NCBI GenBank assembly: GCA_021813945.1
Contig: JAKAJD010000001.1
Coordinates: 137,744 to 201,743, forward strand
Length of the DNA stretch: 64,000 nucleotides
Direction: 5' to 3'
From: a bacterium
GTDB taxonomy: Bacteria > Patescibacteriota > Microgenomatia > Curtissbacterales > GWA2-41-24
The notes beneath the pieces are model-generated. The model worked only from the letters and a program-made list of their open reading frames with translations, was not told where the DNA came from and did no database searches. The position numbers were made by a program, and so were the translations under genes. Positions 46,820 to 55,519 of this stretch are shown piece after piece; positions within the stretch are counted from its first letter, which is position 1; each line of letters begins with the position of its first letter.

Positions 46820-47794
46820 TCAGTAGCAGGTGTTATTCGAAACATGAAGGGTTAGGGTTCCTTCTTTGGTAGAGAAGCATTGTTTCCTTTTCCAAACTGA
46901 AACATAAGTGCCGGACTGGCAATTAGGCTTACACACCGTAACCTCATATGCAGTGGAGGGTTGTATTTTATTGTTGTAAGAATTTAATAAAAGAGGGAGT
47001 TTATCATCAGACCCTCCTTCTGAGCGCACAACGATACAGGAATCACTTTCGCAACCAGCAGTTCGGACTTCGAGATATTCAATTGGAAGAGGGGGATCCG
47101 GCTGTCCAGTCGGTAGCGGAGAGTGTGTTAAGGAATATGCTAAATATTCCGTATAATTTAACCCAGCACGCAGTAAAAAAAATAAAACTAAAATTGCTAT
47201 TGTTGCTCCGACTGAAATAAAAGCAATTGATAAACCGGAAAATTTTCTTTGGCCAGCTTCAGTATGAATTGTTTGGCTCGGCTGAATGCTTGGATATTTT
47301 GTTTTGTAAATAAAGAAAAGTTGGGCGATGCTTAACGCCACTGGCGGAAGGCCAAATATTAAAGCAAATTCGCCACCCTCAGACGCAGTAAATCCTAGAT
47401 AAATGGTATACAATCCTGAAAAAAATACTAAAAAAGTCAAACCTTGTATTATTTGCACATTTTGAAAAATAGGGTTTAAAACATTTAGCCATTTAGCCCT
47501 AAAAGAATTTTTAATTATAATTGTTATTGCAACAAAGACGACTATAAAGAAGAAAATAGTCCCGAAAACACGGCTCCAAACCGAAAAAACTCCAAATATA
47601 AGTTGCGGGATAGCATAGGCAAAAAGGCTTGTAGCAAGAAGGCCTAGTGCGAGTGGCAAAGTTTGCATTACTACAACAATCTTAGCACTAATTTTATTTG
47701 GTGCCAAAACTGTTCCTCTTACAGCTTTCATGCTTTTTTTTGATAAAGCCTTCATATGCTTGCTGTAGCCTATATTCAATATGAAAACAAGCAT
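46820..47794 (-). CDS. hypothetical membrane protein with Cys-rich extracytoplasmic C-terminal domain
   Basis: About 6 TM helices, then a C-terminal 80 aa with 7 Cys. The true start is probably the internal Met (MKALSKK, about 47755), which would remove the overlap with the divergent GT2 gene. Confidence 0.55.
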   Translation of the reverse strand: MLVFILNIGYSKHMKALSKKSMKAVRGTVLAPNKISAKIVVVMQTLPLALGLLATSLFAYAIPQLIFGVFSVWSRVFGTIFFFIVVFVAITIIIKNSFRAKWLNVLNPIFQNVQIIQGLTFLVFFSGLYTIYLGFTASEGGEFALIFGLPPVALSIAQLFFIYKTKYPSIQPSQTIHTEAGQRKFSGLSIAFISVGATIAILVLFFLLRAGLNYTEYLAYSLTHSPLPTGQPDPPLPIEYLEVRTAGCESDSCIVVRSEGGSDDKLPLLLNSYNNKIQPSTAYEVTVCKPNCQSGTYVSVWKRKQCFSTKEGTLTLHVSNNTCY

Positions 47795-48644
47795 AGTTGT
47801 CCCTGCCTATAACGAGGTTGGCAACATTGAATCACTAATCTACCGTATCGCCAAAAGCGCTCACGATAATCTATACGAAATAATTGTTATAGACGACCAC
47901 TCAGAAGACGGTACCTGGGAAAAACTTAAAGAACTTAGATCCCGTTTTCCACTTAAAGCAGCCAAAAAAATTGGCAAAAAGGGAAAAGCTTACTCGCTTT
48001 TTGAGGGCTTGGACCAGGCAACAGGAGACAATCTTGCAATAATCGACGCCGACCTGCAATATCCTCCGGAAGAAATTTTTCCAATCGTAGACGAAATGCA
48101 AAATCAAGGGTCGGACGTTGTTGTTGCCAATAGAAGAACCTACCAAGATTCCGTAAAACGAAAAGTCTTATCTGAAGTTTTTAAAACAGTTTTTGGCCGA
48201 ATTTTATTCGGCATAAACGAAGATATTCAATCCGGACTTAAAGTTTTTAAAAGGGAAGTTTACGACACCGTCCGTTTTAAACCAAAATCCAAGTGGTCTT
48301 TTGATTTGGAATTTTTGCAAAGGGCGAAAAAAGCCGGCTACAAGCTTAAAGGCCATGATATTGTCTTTTTGAGGCGTCGTTTTGGAAAATCCAAAGTTAA
48401 CAGCATTGCGTCATCAATAGAGTTGGCACTAAACGCACTTTTTCTAAGACTAAAAAGTATTGGTCCTCAGACAATTTTCCCTAAAGGATCATTCATGGAA
48501 TTTGCAGGCATTGGTTATAAGGGTAAAAAATATGTGACGCATTCCACGTTGAGTCAACAAGAATCTGCCCTCAGAAACTTAAATTCCTGGCAAAAAATTG
48601 CCATATTTACATCGGCAATTTTTTTTTATGGGCGCTCGAAATAA
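47781..48644 (+). CDS. glycosyltransferase family 2 (DPM1/GtrB-like)
   Basis: SIVVPAYNEVGNI...VIDDHSEDGT...IDADLQYPPEE (DxD) motifs. Confidence 0.85.
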   Translation: MKTSIVVPAYNEVGNIESLIYRIAKSAHDNLYEIIVIDDHSEDGTWEKLKELRSRFPLKAAKKIGKKGKAYSLFEGLDQATGDNLAIIDADLQYPPEEIFPIVDEMQNQGSDVVVANRRTYQDSVKRKVLSEVFKTVFGRILFGINEDIQSGLKVFKREVYDTVRFKPKSKWSFDLEFLQRAKKAGYKLKGHDIVFLRRRFGKSKVNSIASSIELALNALFLRLKSIGPQTIFPKGSFMEFAGIGYKGKKYVTHSTLSQQESALRNLNSWQKIAIFTSAIFFYGRSK

Positions 48645-48799
48645 ACCCTCTTTTAACTCTGCAAATAACAATCGGCATCTTAAGCATAATCTACTTTATA
48701 GACTCAGCCTTCAATTTCTTTTTAGTAGTAAGGACCCTTCGGGAAACGGTAACGGTTAAAATCCCTGATGATCAAATAGCCGCTCTTCAGGATGAAAAT

Positions 48800-50077
48800 T
48801 TGCCCATTTACACCATTTTATGCCCTCTGTACCACGAGGCTCATGTAATTCCTAAGTTTGTAGATGCTATGTCGAAGCTAAGCTGGAATAAAAAGCGCCT
48901 GGAGGTGATTTTGCTCTTGGAAGAGGATGACGCTGAGGCGCAGCAAGTAACCAAAATACTTAATCTACCGTCTTATGTGCGCGTGGAGATTGTTCCCAAA
49001 TCCCAGCCAAAAACCAAACCTAAAGCCTGCAATTGGGGTCTTACCAAAAGTCACGGAAAATACTTGGTTGTCTACGACGCGGAAGACGAACCGGAACCCC
49101 TGCAGCTAAAAAAATCCTATTTAGCTTTTTTGCAAGTTCCGGCAAATGTTATTTGCCTTCAGGCTAAATTAAATTACTACAACCCAAACGAGAATCTGCT
49201 CACTAAAATCTTTACAGCCGAATATTCACTTTGGTTCGACGTAATCCTGGCCGGCCTTCAAAGTTTGAACACTTGTATTCCTCTTGGGGGAACCAGCAAT
49301 CACTTTAGGACAGAAGATCTGCGTCACCTAAAAGGATGGGATGCATTTAACGTCACAGAAGATGCCGATTTGGGGATGCGGCTTTTTAAAAAAGGTTTTA
49401 AAACGGCAATAATCGACTCTACAACTCTCGAAGAAGCAAACAGTCGCCTAAAAAATTGGATGCGCCAACGCTCACGCTGGATAAAAGGCTATATGCAAAC
49501 ATACCTTGTCCACAACCGGCATCCTGTTAAACTCTTCAAAGAACAAGGTCTTCACGGTCTTCTTTTTCAACTCATCTTAGGCGGCAAAATTGCTTTTATC
49601 TACATCAACCCGTTTCTTTGGATAGCAACAATTGCTTATTTTGCGCTAAATAGCCTAGTCGGGCCGACGATTCAAATTCTTTACCCCGGCTATATTTTCT
49701 ATATTGCCTTCGCCTCATTGGTTTTTGGCAATTTCACTTATCTTTATTACTATATGATCGGTCTTGCCGAACGGGATCATTGGTCGCTTCTCAAGTACGT
49801 AATCTTTGTTCCTGTATATTGGCTTTTGGTAAGCCTTGCCGCGCTTCTTGCTATAGAGCAGTTAGTTTTCAAACCGCACCACTGGGAAAAGACTATACAT
49901 GGGATAAATATTTTGGAATCGCAAAAACGAATAGCTATTAAAACGCCCGTCGTTCCTGTTGCCCCAATCGCCCTAAAGCCCCCAGATTTAAAACCGGAAA
50001 TAAGCCCACGGGAATTAATTTTGGAGCGAATAGAAAAGAAACTTATCATGCAAACCGAAAAGCTTGCAATAAGCTAA
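48800..50077 (+). CDS. glycosyltransferase family 2, processive type with C-terminal TM helices (cellulose/chitin-synthase-like)
   Basis: VVYDAEDEPEP (DxD), TEDADLGMRL, and the QRSRWIKG (Q-x-x-R-W) motif, followed by 4 TM helices. Confidence 0.85.
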   Translation: MPIYTILCPLYHEAHVIPKFVDAMSKLSWNKKRLEVILLLEEDDAEAQQVTKILNLPSYVRVEIVPKSQPKTKPKACNWGLTKSHGKYLVVYDAEDEPEPLQLKKSYLAFLQVPANVICLQAKLNYYNPNENLLTKIFTAEYSLWFDVILAGLQSLNTCIPLGGTSNHFRTEDLRHLKGWDAFNVTEDADLGMRLFKKGFKTAIIDSTTLEEANSRLKNWMRQRSRWIKGYMQTYLVHNRHPVKLFKEQGLHGLLFQLILGGKIAFIYINPFLWIATIAYFALNSLVGPTIQILYPGYIFYIAFASLVFGNFTYLYYYMIGLAERDHWSLLKYVIFVPVYWLLVSLAALLAIEQLVFKPHHWEKTIHGINILESQKRIAIKTPVVPVAPIALKPPDLKPEISPRELILERIEKKLIMQTEKLAIS

Positions 50078-50084
50078 GGATTTT

Positions 50085-51740
50085 ATGCGATTTTCATTAC
50101 TATTTAGACTCAACAACATATTGGAAAAAAATGGCACGAAAATTATCACTCTTTGTCTTAGTCTTATATCAATTGCATCTTTTTTTTACTTTTACCAACA
50201 AAATTTAGGCCTTGCCTATAACGATGCCAGGTCACATTTGGATATCGGAAGAAGGGTAGTCGAGGGTCTCAAGCCCGGCCTTGCTCAGCTTGGATCTGTC
50301 TGGTTACCGCTTCCGCATTTTTTAATGATTGCCACTATATGGAATAGTGCCATGTGGCATTCCGGCCTAGCGGGGGCAATAAATTCAATGATTTCCTACG
50401 TTGCCACCGGAATTTACATTTGGCTCATTTTAAAAAAGCTAAAAGTTGGCCCCGCCTGGCGCTTTTTGGGTGTTGGGGCATTTGCCCTAAATGCAAACAT
50501 CCTTTACCTTCAGTCAACGGCAATGACGGAAGTGCTTCTTCTTTTAACCTTAACTGCAGCAATTTATGAGCTTATTTGCTGGTCAGATAACCTAAAGCGC
50601 TATAGCATGATAAAAGCCGCCTTCTGGATTATGCTCTCAACGCTCATTAGGTATGAAGGCTGGTTCCTTTTTATTGTTGCCGCGGCGGTGATCTATGTCG
50701 TTACCCTAAAAAGAAAAGGCAAAAAAGAAGCAGAAGGAACAACAATCCTCTTCTCCACATTAGCCGGATTTGGAATCTTGTTGTGGTTTGTTTGGAACAA
50801 AATGATTTTTGGGGATTTCTTGTATTTTGCATTTGGACCCTATAGCGCCCATGCTCAGCAAAAACAGCTTCAGGCAGCAGGCGATCTTCTTACAAAAGGC
50901 AACATACTCTTTTCGCTGAATATTTATTCTTTGGCCAGTTATTTTACAATTGGTGCGATTGTTCTGGCAGCCGGATTTTTAGGATCTATACTTATTTTTT
51001 TTGATACTAACTTAAAAACCCGCCTTAAAATAATTTCCGTAATTCTTCTTACGTCTCCCATTGTTTTCAACATTCTTGCGCTTTTTATGGGGCATTCAGT
51101 TTTATTTATTGAAGGCATAAACGGAAAATCTTGGTTTAATGTCCGCTACGGCGTCATGGCCCTTCCGGCAGCGGCCGTTTTCGGTGCCTATTTTGCCAGC
51201 CAATCAAGGGCACTAAAGGTTATCGTTTTAGGACTTATCCTGGCTGCCAGCATTTTTCCGCTTTCCGATTTAAGAAAATCGGTTACTGTAGAAGACGCCC
51301 TTTACGGTTCAAGCGGCAAAGATGTAAGCCAAATTGCCGGCTGGTTAAAAAATAATGTCAAAGACAAAAACGCCAGAGTTTTGGTCTCGGCTGCATCACA
51401 CGACGCGGTAATTTTCTCCTCGGGTCTTCCAATGAGCCAGATAATTCATGAAGGAACAGGCCCGTTTTGGGATGCCTCAACCACTAATCCGGACCACTGG
51501 GCAAAATACATTGTGATGAGAACTTACGACGTTAACGATTCCACGTTTAAGCTTTTGGAAAACAACAAAGCTGCGCTTTCCAAATACGATTTAGTCTATA
51601 AAGGGAATTTTGCAGATATTTATGAGCTTAAAAGCCAGTACAATTCCGGTCTTTCCACGAACTTCACTCTCACGGCTTTTGAGAACGAAAACGTCAGAAA
51701 AGTAGAAGATGCCAAAATTTCAAATATTTTCCGTTTTTAG
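50085..51740 (+). CDS. polytopic membrane protein, possible GT-C glycosyltransferase
   Basis: 551 aa. About 11 N-terminal TM helices plus a C-terminal soluble domain. Co-directional with the two GT2 genes. Confidence 0.5.
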   Translation: MRFSLLFRLNNILEKNGTKIITLCLSLISIASFFYFYQQNLGLAYNDARSHLDIGRRVVEGLKPGLAQLGSVWLPLPHFLMIATIWNSAMWHSGLAGAINSMISYVATGIYIWLILKKLKVGPAWRFLGVGAFALNANILYLQSTAMTEVLLLLTLTAAIYELICWSDNLKRYSMIKAAFWIMLSTLIRYEGWFLFIVAAAVIYVVTLKRKGKKEAEGTTILFSTLAGFGILLWFVWNKMIFGDFLYFAFGPYSAHAQQKQLQAAGDLLTKGNILFSLNIYSLASYFTIGAIVLAAGFLGSILIFFDTNLKTRLKIISVILLTSPIVFNILALFMGHSVLFIEGINGKSWFNVRYGVMALPAAAVFGAYFASQSRALKVIVLGLILAASIFPLSDLRKSVTVEDALYGSSGKDVSQIAGWLKNNVKDKNARVLVSAASHDAVIFSSGLPMSQIIHEGTGPFWDASTTNPDHWAKYIVMRTYDVNDSTFKLLENNKAALSKYDLVYKGNFADIYELKSQYNSGLSTNFTLTAFENENVRKVEDAKISNIFRF

Positions 51741-51816
51741 GTTATTTCCCCATCTTGTTATTAAAATTTTCCCGATATAAACTGACCCTTCCTGTTTTTG
51801 AAGGAGGTGATAAAAA

Positions 51817-52191
51817 ATGATTAAATCTCAAGAAAGTATTTTGCTGTCTTGCGAAAATTCCCAAAAATTAGCCAAATTTTACGAAGAAAAAGTAGGCCTT
51901 AAGCTAACTTCCGAATTCGAAATGGGGGACAATGCCGAAAAAGGTTATTACTTCGAAAGTGTAAAACTTTACATTAACCAGCATTCAGAGGTGAAAGGGA
52001 AAAATTCCCAACCCCAAAGGTACATGATTAATTTTGAAACCGACGATATTGAAGCAGAGGTTAAAAGGCTTGATTCGGCTGGAATTAAAAAAATTCAGGA
52101 CATTTACCATGTCGAAGGCTACGGGTTAATCGCAACTTACGAAGACGTAGACGGAAATTACTTTCAAGTAGTCCAAGTTAGGGCTTCTTGA
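51817..52191 (+). CDS. VOC family protein (glyoxalase/bleomycin-resistance fold)
   Basis: 124 aa with two beta-alpha-beta-beta-beta modules. Strong SD GGAGGTGA upstream. Confidence 0.7.
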   Translation: MIKSQESILLSCENSQKLAKFYEEKVGLKLTSEFEMGDNAEKGYYFESVKLYINQHSEVKGKNSQPQRYMINFETDDIEAEVKRLDSAGIKKIQDIYHVEGYGLIATYEDVDGNYFQVVQVRAS

Positions 52192-52242
52192 CGTTTTTGT
52201 TAAATAGGCGATAATAAAATTGATAGATTGGAGGTGACATAA

Positions 52243-52422
52243 ATGGACAAAAAGTTCAAAGAGTGCATGAAGCCTCATTACATAGCTCATTCTATCTCCG
52301 GTCTCGGGGTTGGTCTTATTCTGGTTGGTTTAATTCATCTTTCCGGCTCAGCAGCTCTAGTTTTGGGTATTGTTGCTCTTGTAGTCGGTATTGTTTACGA
52401 TTATTCGGTAAACAAAGGCTAA
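52243..52422 (+). CDS. small hydrophobic protein (59 aa, 1-2 TM)
   Basis: Starts at ATG 52243 with RBS GGAGGTG 8 nt upstream (MDKKFKECMKPHYIAHSISGLGVGLILVGL...). Below the track's size cutoff. Confidence 0.4.
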   Translation: MDKKFKECMKPHYIAHSISGLGVGLILVGLIHLSGSAALVLGIVALVVGIVYDYSVNKG

Positions 52423-53472
52423 TCAAACCTTTATTGCGCTTTGATTTGCAAGGGCTGATAGAACTTTCCTATAGAGATTTTTAACAATCAGCTGCTGTTG
52501 TATGCCCATCTTAGTGTAATAATCAACACCAGGTGTTGAGTTAATTTCTATTACTGTATAATCACGAACTAGTTGGTCAATTGGATCAGGTGTAATAACA
52601 TCTACGCCACAAAATCTTAGACCCATGTCGGAAGTTAGTCTAATTGCGACTTCTTTAATGCACTCATCAATTTGATCTGTTACATCCTCAGCGTCCCCAC
52701 CACTTGAGAGGTTTGCGTTATCCAAAAGATACACACTTTCTCCTTTGCCGGGCACTGAACTCATTCCAAGCTGCGAATTGCTGAGTTTGGCTTGTATTCT
52801 TCTATCACGAATATTGATTTTTGTATCCCTTCCATCAACTGAAAATTGTTCTTGCTTTCTAGCTAAAAGATCAAAAATGGTGGATTCACCGTCACCCACT
52901 ACAGCAAGTGGGGTGCGTCTATAGGCTGCTATTACTTCATCATCTAAAACAAGTATTCGATAATCCGCACCTGCGATGGGCCTTTGTACTAGAACAACTT
53001 TGTCATAATTAAAAACTGTTTCAACGGCCTCAAAAAATTCTTGTTCCCCATGGACTTTTTGCACTCCACGCCCCTGGCTTCTGCTGTTTGGTTTAACTAT
53101 AACCGGAAACCTTAACTTTAAAGCGTAATCATAAGCGGCCGCTTTATTTAAATCAGAGCCCAACCATTCACAAGTTCTGTCTGAATAAAAAGCACGTCCT
53201 TCCGGAACGGGGTATCCCAAACTCTCCATAAAATAAGCTGCATAGTCCTTATCCCTTGCCACCTCGGATGCGCCCAACGTATTTAGATCAAATATTGTTC
53301 CCCTAAAGTAAAATCTTCTGCCATCGGGCGCCGTCAGTTGTCCAGCCCTACCATATACCGGGTCAAGAGAGACCCTAAACCCAAACTCCGGAGCAGTTTC
53401 CAAGATAATTGAAGACACACTCGACGGTATTTCAGGCGGCCTACTACCATAATTTGTTTCGAGACGATTCAT
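52423..53472 (-). CDS. ATP-grasp ligase (Ddl/RimK/cyanophycin-synthetase-like)
   Basis: FPVIVKPNSRSQGRGVQKV, ...YRILVLDDEVIAAY..., and the C-terminal YTVIEINSTPGVDYY align with ATP-grasp signature blocks. Closest resemblance is to D-Ala--D-Ala ligase and CphA, with a short N-domain. Confidence 0.75.
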   Translation of the reverse strand: MNRLETNYGSRPPEIPSSVSSIILETAPEFGFRVSLDPVYGRAGQLTAPDGRRFYFRGTIFDLNTLGASEVARDKDYAAYFMESLGYPVPEGRAFYSDRTCEWLGSDLNKAAAYDYALKLRFPVIVKPNSRSQGRGVQKVHGEQEFFEAVETVFNYDKVVLVQRPIAGADYRILVLDDEVIAAYRRTPLAVVGDGESTIFDLLARKQEQFSVDGRDTKINIRDRRIQAKLSNSQLGMSSVPGKGESVYLLDNANLSSGGDAEDVTDQIDECIKEVAIRLTSDMGLRFCGVDVITPDPIDQLVRDYTVIEINSTPGVDYYTKMGIQQQLIVKNLYRKVLSALANQSAIKV

Positions 53473-53570
53473 AAAAACGGATTATACATTCAGAGTATCT
53501 CTTAGGCAATTCTTAATCCACAACGCTGCAGTTGTTTTTTAAGCGCCCCTGGCATTAAAATCATCGGCGT

Positions 53571-53876
53571 ATGATTCTGATTCTGACCACCACAGACAAA
53601 AAGCTTGTTGCCAAGAAAATTGCCAAGGCACTTTTGGATAAAAAACTTGTCGCCTGTGCAAGTATAATCCCGATGGAATCTTCCTACTGGTGGAAGGGCA
53701 AAATCGTCAACGCAAAAGAATATCAGCTTATCCTAAAAACGAAAGCACAAAATTTCGCAAAAATCGAAAAAGAAATAAAAAAACTGCACAATTACACAAT
53801 TCCAGAAATAATCGCAATTGATATCCAACAAGTCGGCAAGGATTATCTAAAGTGGATGAAAAGGGTAATAGCTTAG
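53571..53876 (+). CDS. cutA: divalent-cation tolerance protein CutA
   Basis: MILILTTTDKKLVAKKIAKALLDKKLVACASIIP...YWWKGKI, the typical CutA1 fold sequence. Confidence 0.85.
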   Translation: MILILTTTDKKLVAKKIAKALLDKKLVACASIIPMESSYWWKGKIVNAKEYQLILKTKAQNFAKIEKEIKKLHNYTIPEIIAIDIQQVGKDYLKWMKRVIA

Positions 53877-53880
53877 GCGG

Positions 53881-53910
53881 TTGACACTATAGGTTTACTC
53901 TTGATACAAT
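53881..53910 (+). promoter_or_regulatory. sigma70-like promoter TTGACA-N18-TGaTACAAT
   Basis: Consensus -35 at 53881-86 and extended -10 at 53902-10. The ATG at 53922 follows within about 6 nt of the expected TSS. Confidence 0.5.
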
Positions 53911-53921
53911 TTCAGTTTGAT

Positions 53922-54242
53922 ATGAGTTGTGGAAAAGAGAGACGCCAATTAGAAATGCTTACTAAAATTCTTCCGGAATGGCACACGGATTACTATTACG
54001 CTGTTCAGACAAGAATTGATCTTGCGGCTCACTGCCCGAACAGACCTTCTATGCATGCCCGAAATTTGGCAACGGAATTTAATCCTGGCGCGACCAAAGA
54101 AGAGATCAGAGCACGCAAAGCTAGAACTTATGCAATTAATGACAGAAGGGCCAAGGGTGTTATATCTCGCCATAAAAAAGCTTTGGAGCGTTATGCGCAA
54201 AGACAAGCCGAACAAGATCATTGCCCCGCAAAAAGCGAGTGA
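53922..54242 (+). CDS. hypothetical basic protein
   Basis: 106 aa from the first ATG downstream of the promoter. The track ORF from 53901 would start inside the -10 element. Confidence 0.4.
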   Translation: MSCGKERRQLEMLTKILPEWHTDYYYAVQTRIDLAAHCPNRPSMHARNLATEFNPGATKEEIRARKARTYAINDRRAKGVISRHKKALERYAQRQAEQDHCPAKSE

Positions 54243-54308
54243 TTTATCGCAAGTCTTTCCGCAGTTAAATTTGCTACATTGGGCAAATGTTTTCAGGAAG
54301 CTATGGGG

Positions 54309-54674
54309 TCATTGACCGTCACTACTAAGTCTTTTTACCAGAGCCTTAAAAATCGGGTCTTCGCGCCCGGAAAATATAGGTTCTTCAGGTATATTGGCAC
54401 CGGAACGTTTATGATTTCCTCCGCATCTGTTAGCACCAACACCAGCCCTAACATCATGAAGTGCTAAGGTTAATAAAAATCTAAACACCAAAGGGCTGGG
54501 ATCGGCCGGATCCACAAGAGCTGTAGCCCTCGCAATAACTTCAAGTTGTTCCTCTGGCGTCATAGTATGGCTGCCATTAAATTCAATAGTGGTTTGTTTG
54601 AGAAGTTCAATGTATGGATCGCGTTCTAGACCAGAACTCTCACAGCCAGCATTTAACCGGGCATCAAATTCCAT
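54309..54674 (-). CDS. hypothetical protein
   Basis: 121-aa ORF. Minus-strand promoter TTGACA-N17-TAATCT at 54682-54710 lies 7 nt upstream of its ATG. Confidence 0.45.
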   Translation of the reverse strand: MEFDARLNAGCESSGLERDPYIELLKQTTIEFNGSHTMTPEEQLEVIARATALVDPADPSPLVFRFLLTLALHDVRAGVGANRCGGNHKRSGANIPEEPIFSGREDPIFKALVKRLSSDGQ

Positions 54675-54681
54675 GTTGCAA

Positions 54682-54769
54682 AGATTATCTTGCAGTTAAA
54701 CGAATGTCAACCCGTGCTAATCAAAAACCAACCCATAGTTTGACTTTTTTTACAAAATATTGTTATATT
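54682..54769. promoter_or_regulatory. divergent promoter pair (minus: TTGACA-N17-TAATCT; plus: TTGACT-N18-TGtTATATT)
   Basis: Both hexamer pairs are near-consensus and back-to-back in the 102-bp intergenic region. Both downstream ATGs lie within 8 nt of the -10 elements. Confidence 0.5.
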
Positions 54770-54776
54770 TTGCATC

Positions 54777-55466
54777 ATGAATGAGGCTCCATCAGCATTT
54801 TTAGACCATTTGCCGGACGCATATCTCGAGTTTGCCCAAGAAGAAGATATGGCTTTAACACGCGTTAAAGATGCAAGAACTGAATCTGAGAAAGCACTAT
54901 ATGAAGCGCTTCACAGCGTCATGATTGCCCTAGGTTTACCTTCTAGGAAAGAATTACAGCAACAAGGTGTTACTGAATGGAGATATGCTATTGAGACTTT
55001 TTTCGACCCTCACGACGATTATTTTGATCAGTATAATTACGATCCCTGCCAAAAACCAAACGATAGAATAGAAGTCCCCGACGTAAAAGATCTCCACAAA
55101 TGCATAGTTGTTGCCTTGGACGATCCTCTAATTCACGCGGTAAGGGCAAAAATTATAGTGGAAGAAGGTAGTGAAGGAAATATTGGAAAAAGCTTTGGTA
55201 AATGCACAAAAGTATATTTAGGAGGAAAAATTGTTGACTCAAGAGAAATTGATGTGGCCAAAATTGTAGGAATAACAAGATCAGGTCAAATAGAAGAAGC
55301 GCAAAATTCCGGAAGACCCTTAATTTACGACAGACAAGGCAGGCCGAGGTGTTTTAAGGAAAATTCTGCACACGTTTTCTTAATGGATCCAAGATTTTAT
55401 GACGCACAAGGGAGCTATTTTTCTGAAGAACCCGAAAAACAAGATCTGAACCCGCAAAACTATTGA
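54777..55466 (+). CDS. hypothetical protein
   Basis: 229 aa with no known domain. Has its own promoter. Confidence 0.55.
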   Translation: MNEAPSAFLDHLPDAYLEFAQEEDMALTRVKDARTESEKALYEALHSVMIALGLPSRKELQQQGVTEWRYAIETFFDPHDDYFDQYNYDPCQKPNDRIEVPDVKDLHKCIVVALDDPLIHAVRAKIIVEEGSEGNIGKSFGKCTKVYLGGKIVDSREIDVAKIVGITRSGQIEEAQNSGRPLIYDRQGRPRCFKENSAHVFLMDPRFYDAQGSYFSEEPEKQDLNPQNY

Positions 55467-55519
55467 AGGTTATTTCGCTTGAAGCGAAAGTTTTCTTCTG
55501 CCATAATTAGACCTATCTT

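Noticed and set aside
52263-52484. 73-aa track ORF (MHEASLHSSFYLRSRGW...)
   Set aside because: Ser/Cys/Arg-rich low-complexity translation with no RBS. The alternative frame from 52243 has a strong SD and a plausible membrane-peptide sequence.
53901-53921. Track start MIQFQFD for the 53901-54242 ORF and the competing minus-strand ORF 53949-54221
   Set aside because: The TTG start lies inside the TGaTACAAT -10 element. The plus strand has a consensus promoter immediately upstream of ATG 53922, whereas the minus-strand ORF has no comparable signal.
54243-54308. Additional small plus-strand ORFs 54016-54315 and 54279-54467 in the track
   Set aside because: They overlap better-supported ORFs or promoters, have no start signals and an odd composition, so they are likely spurious.
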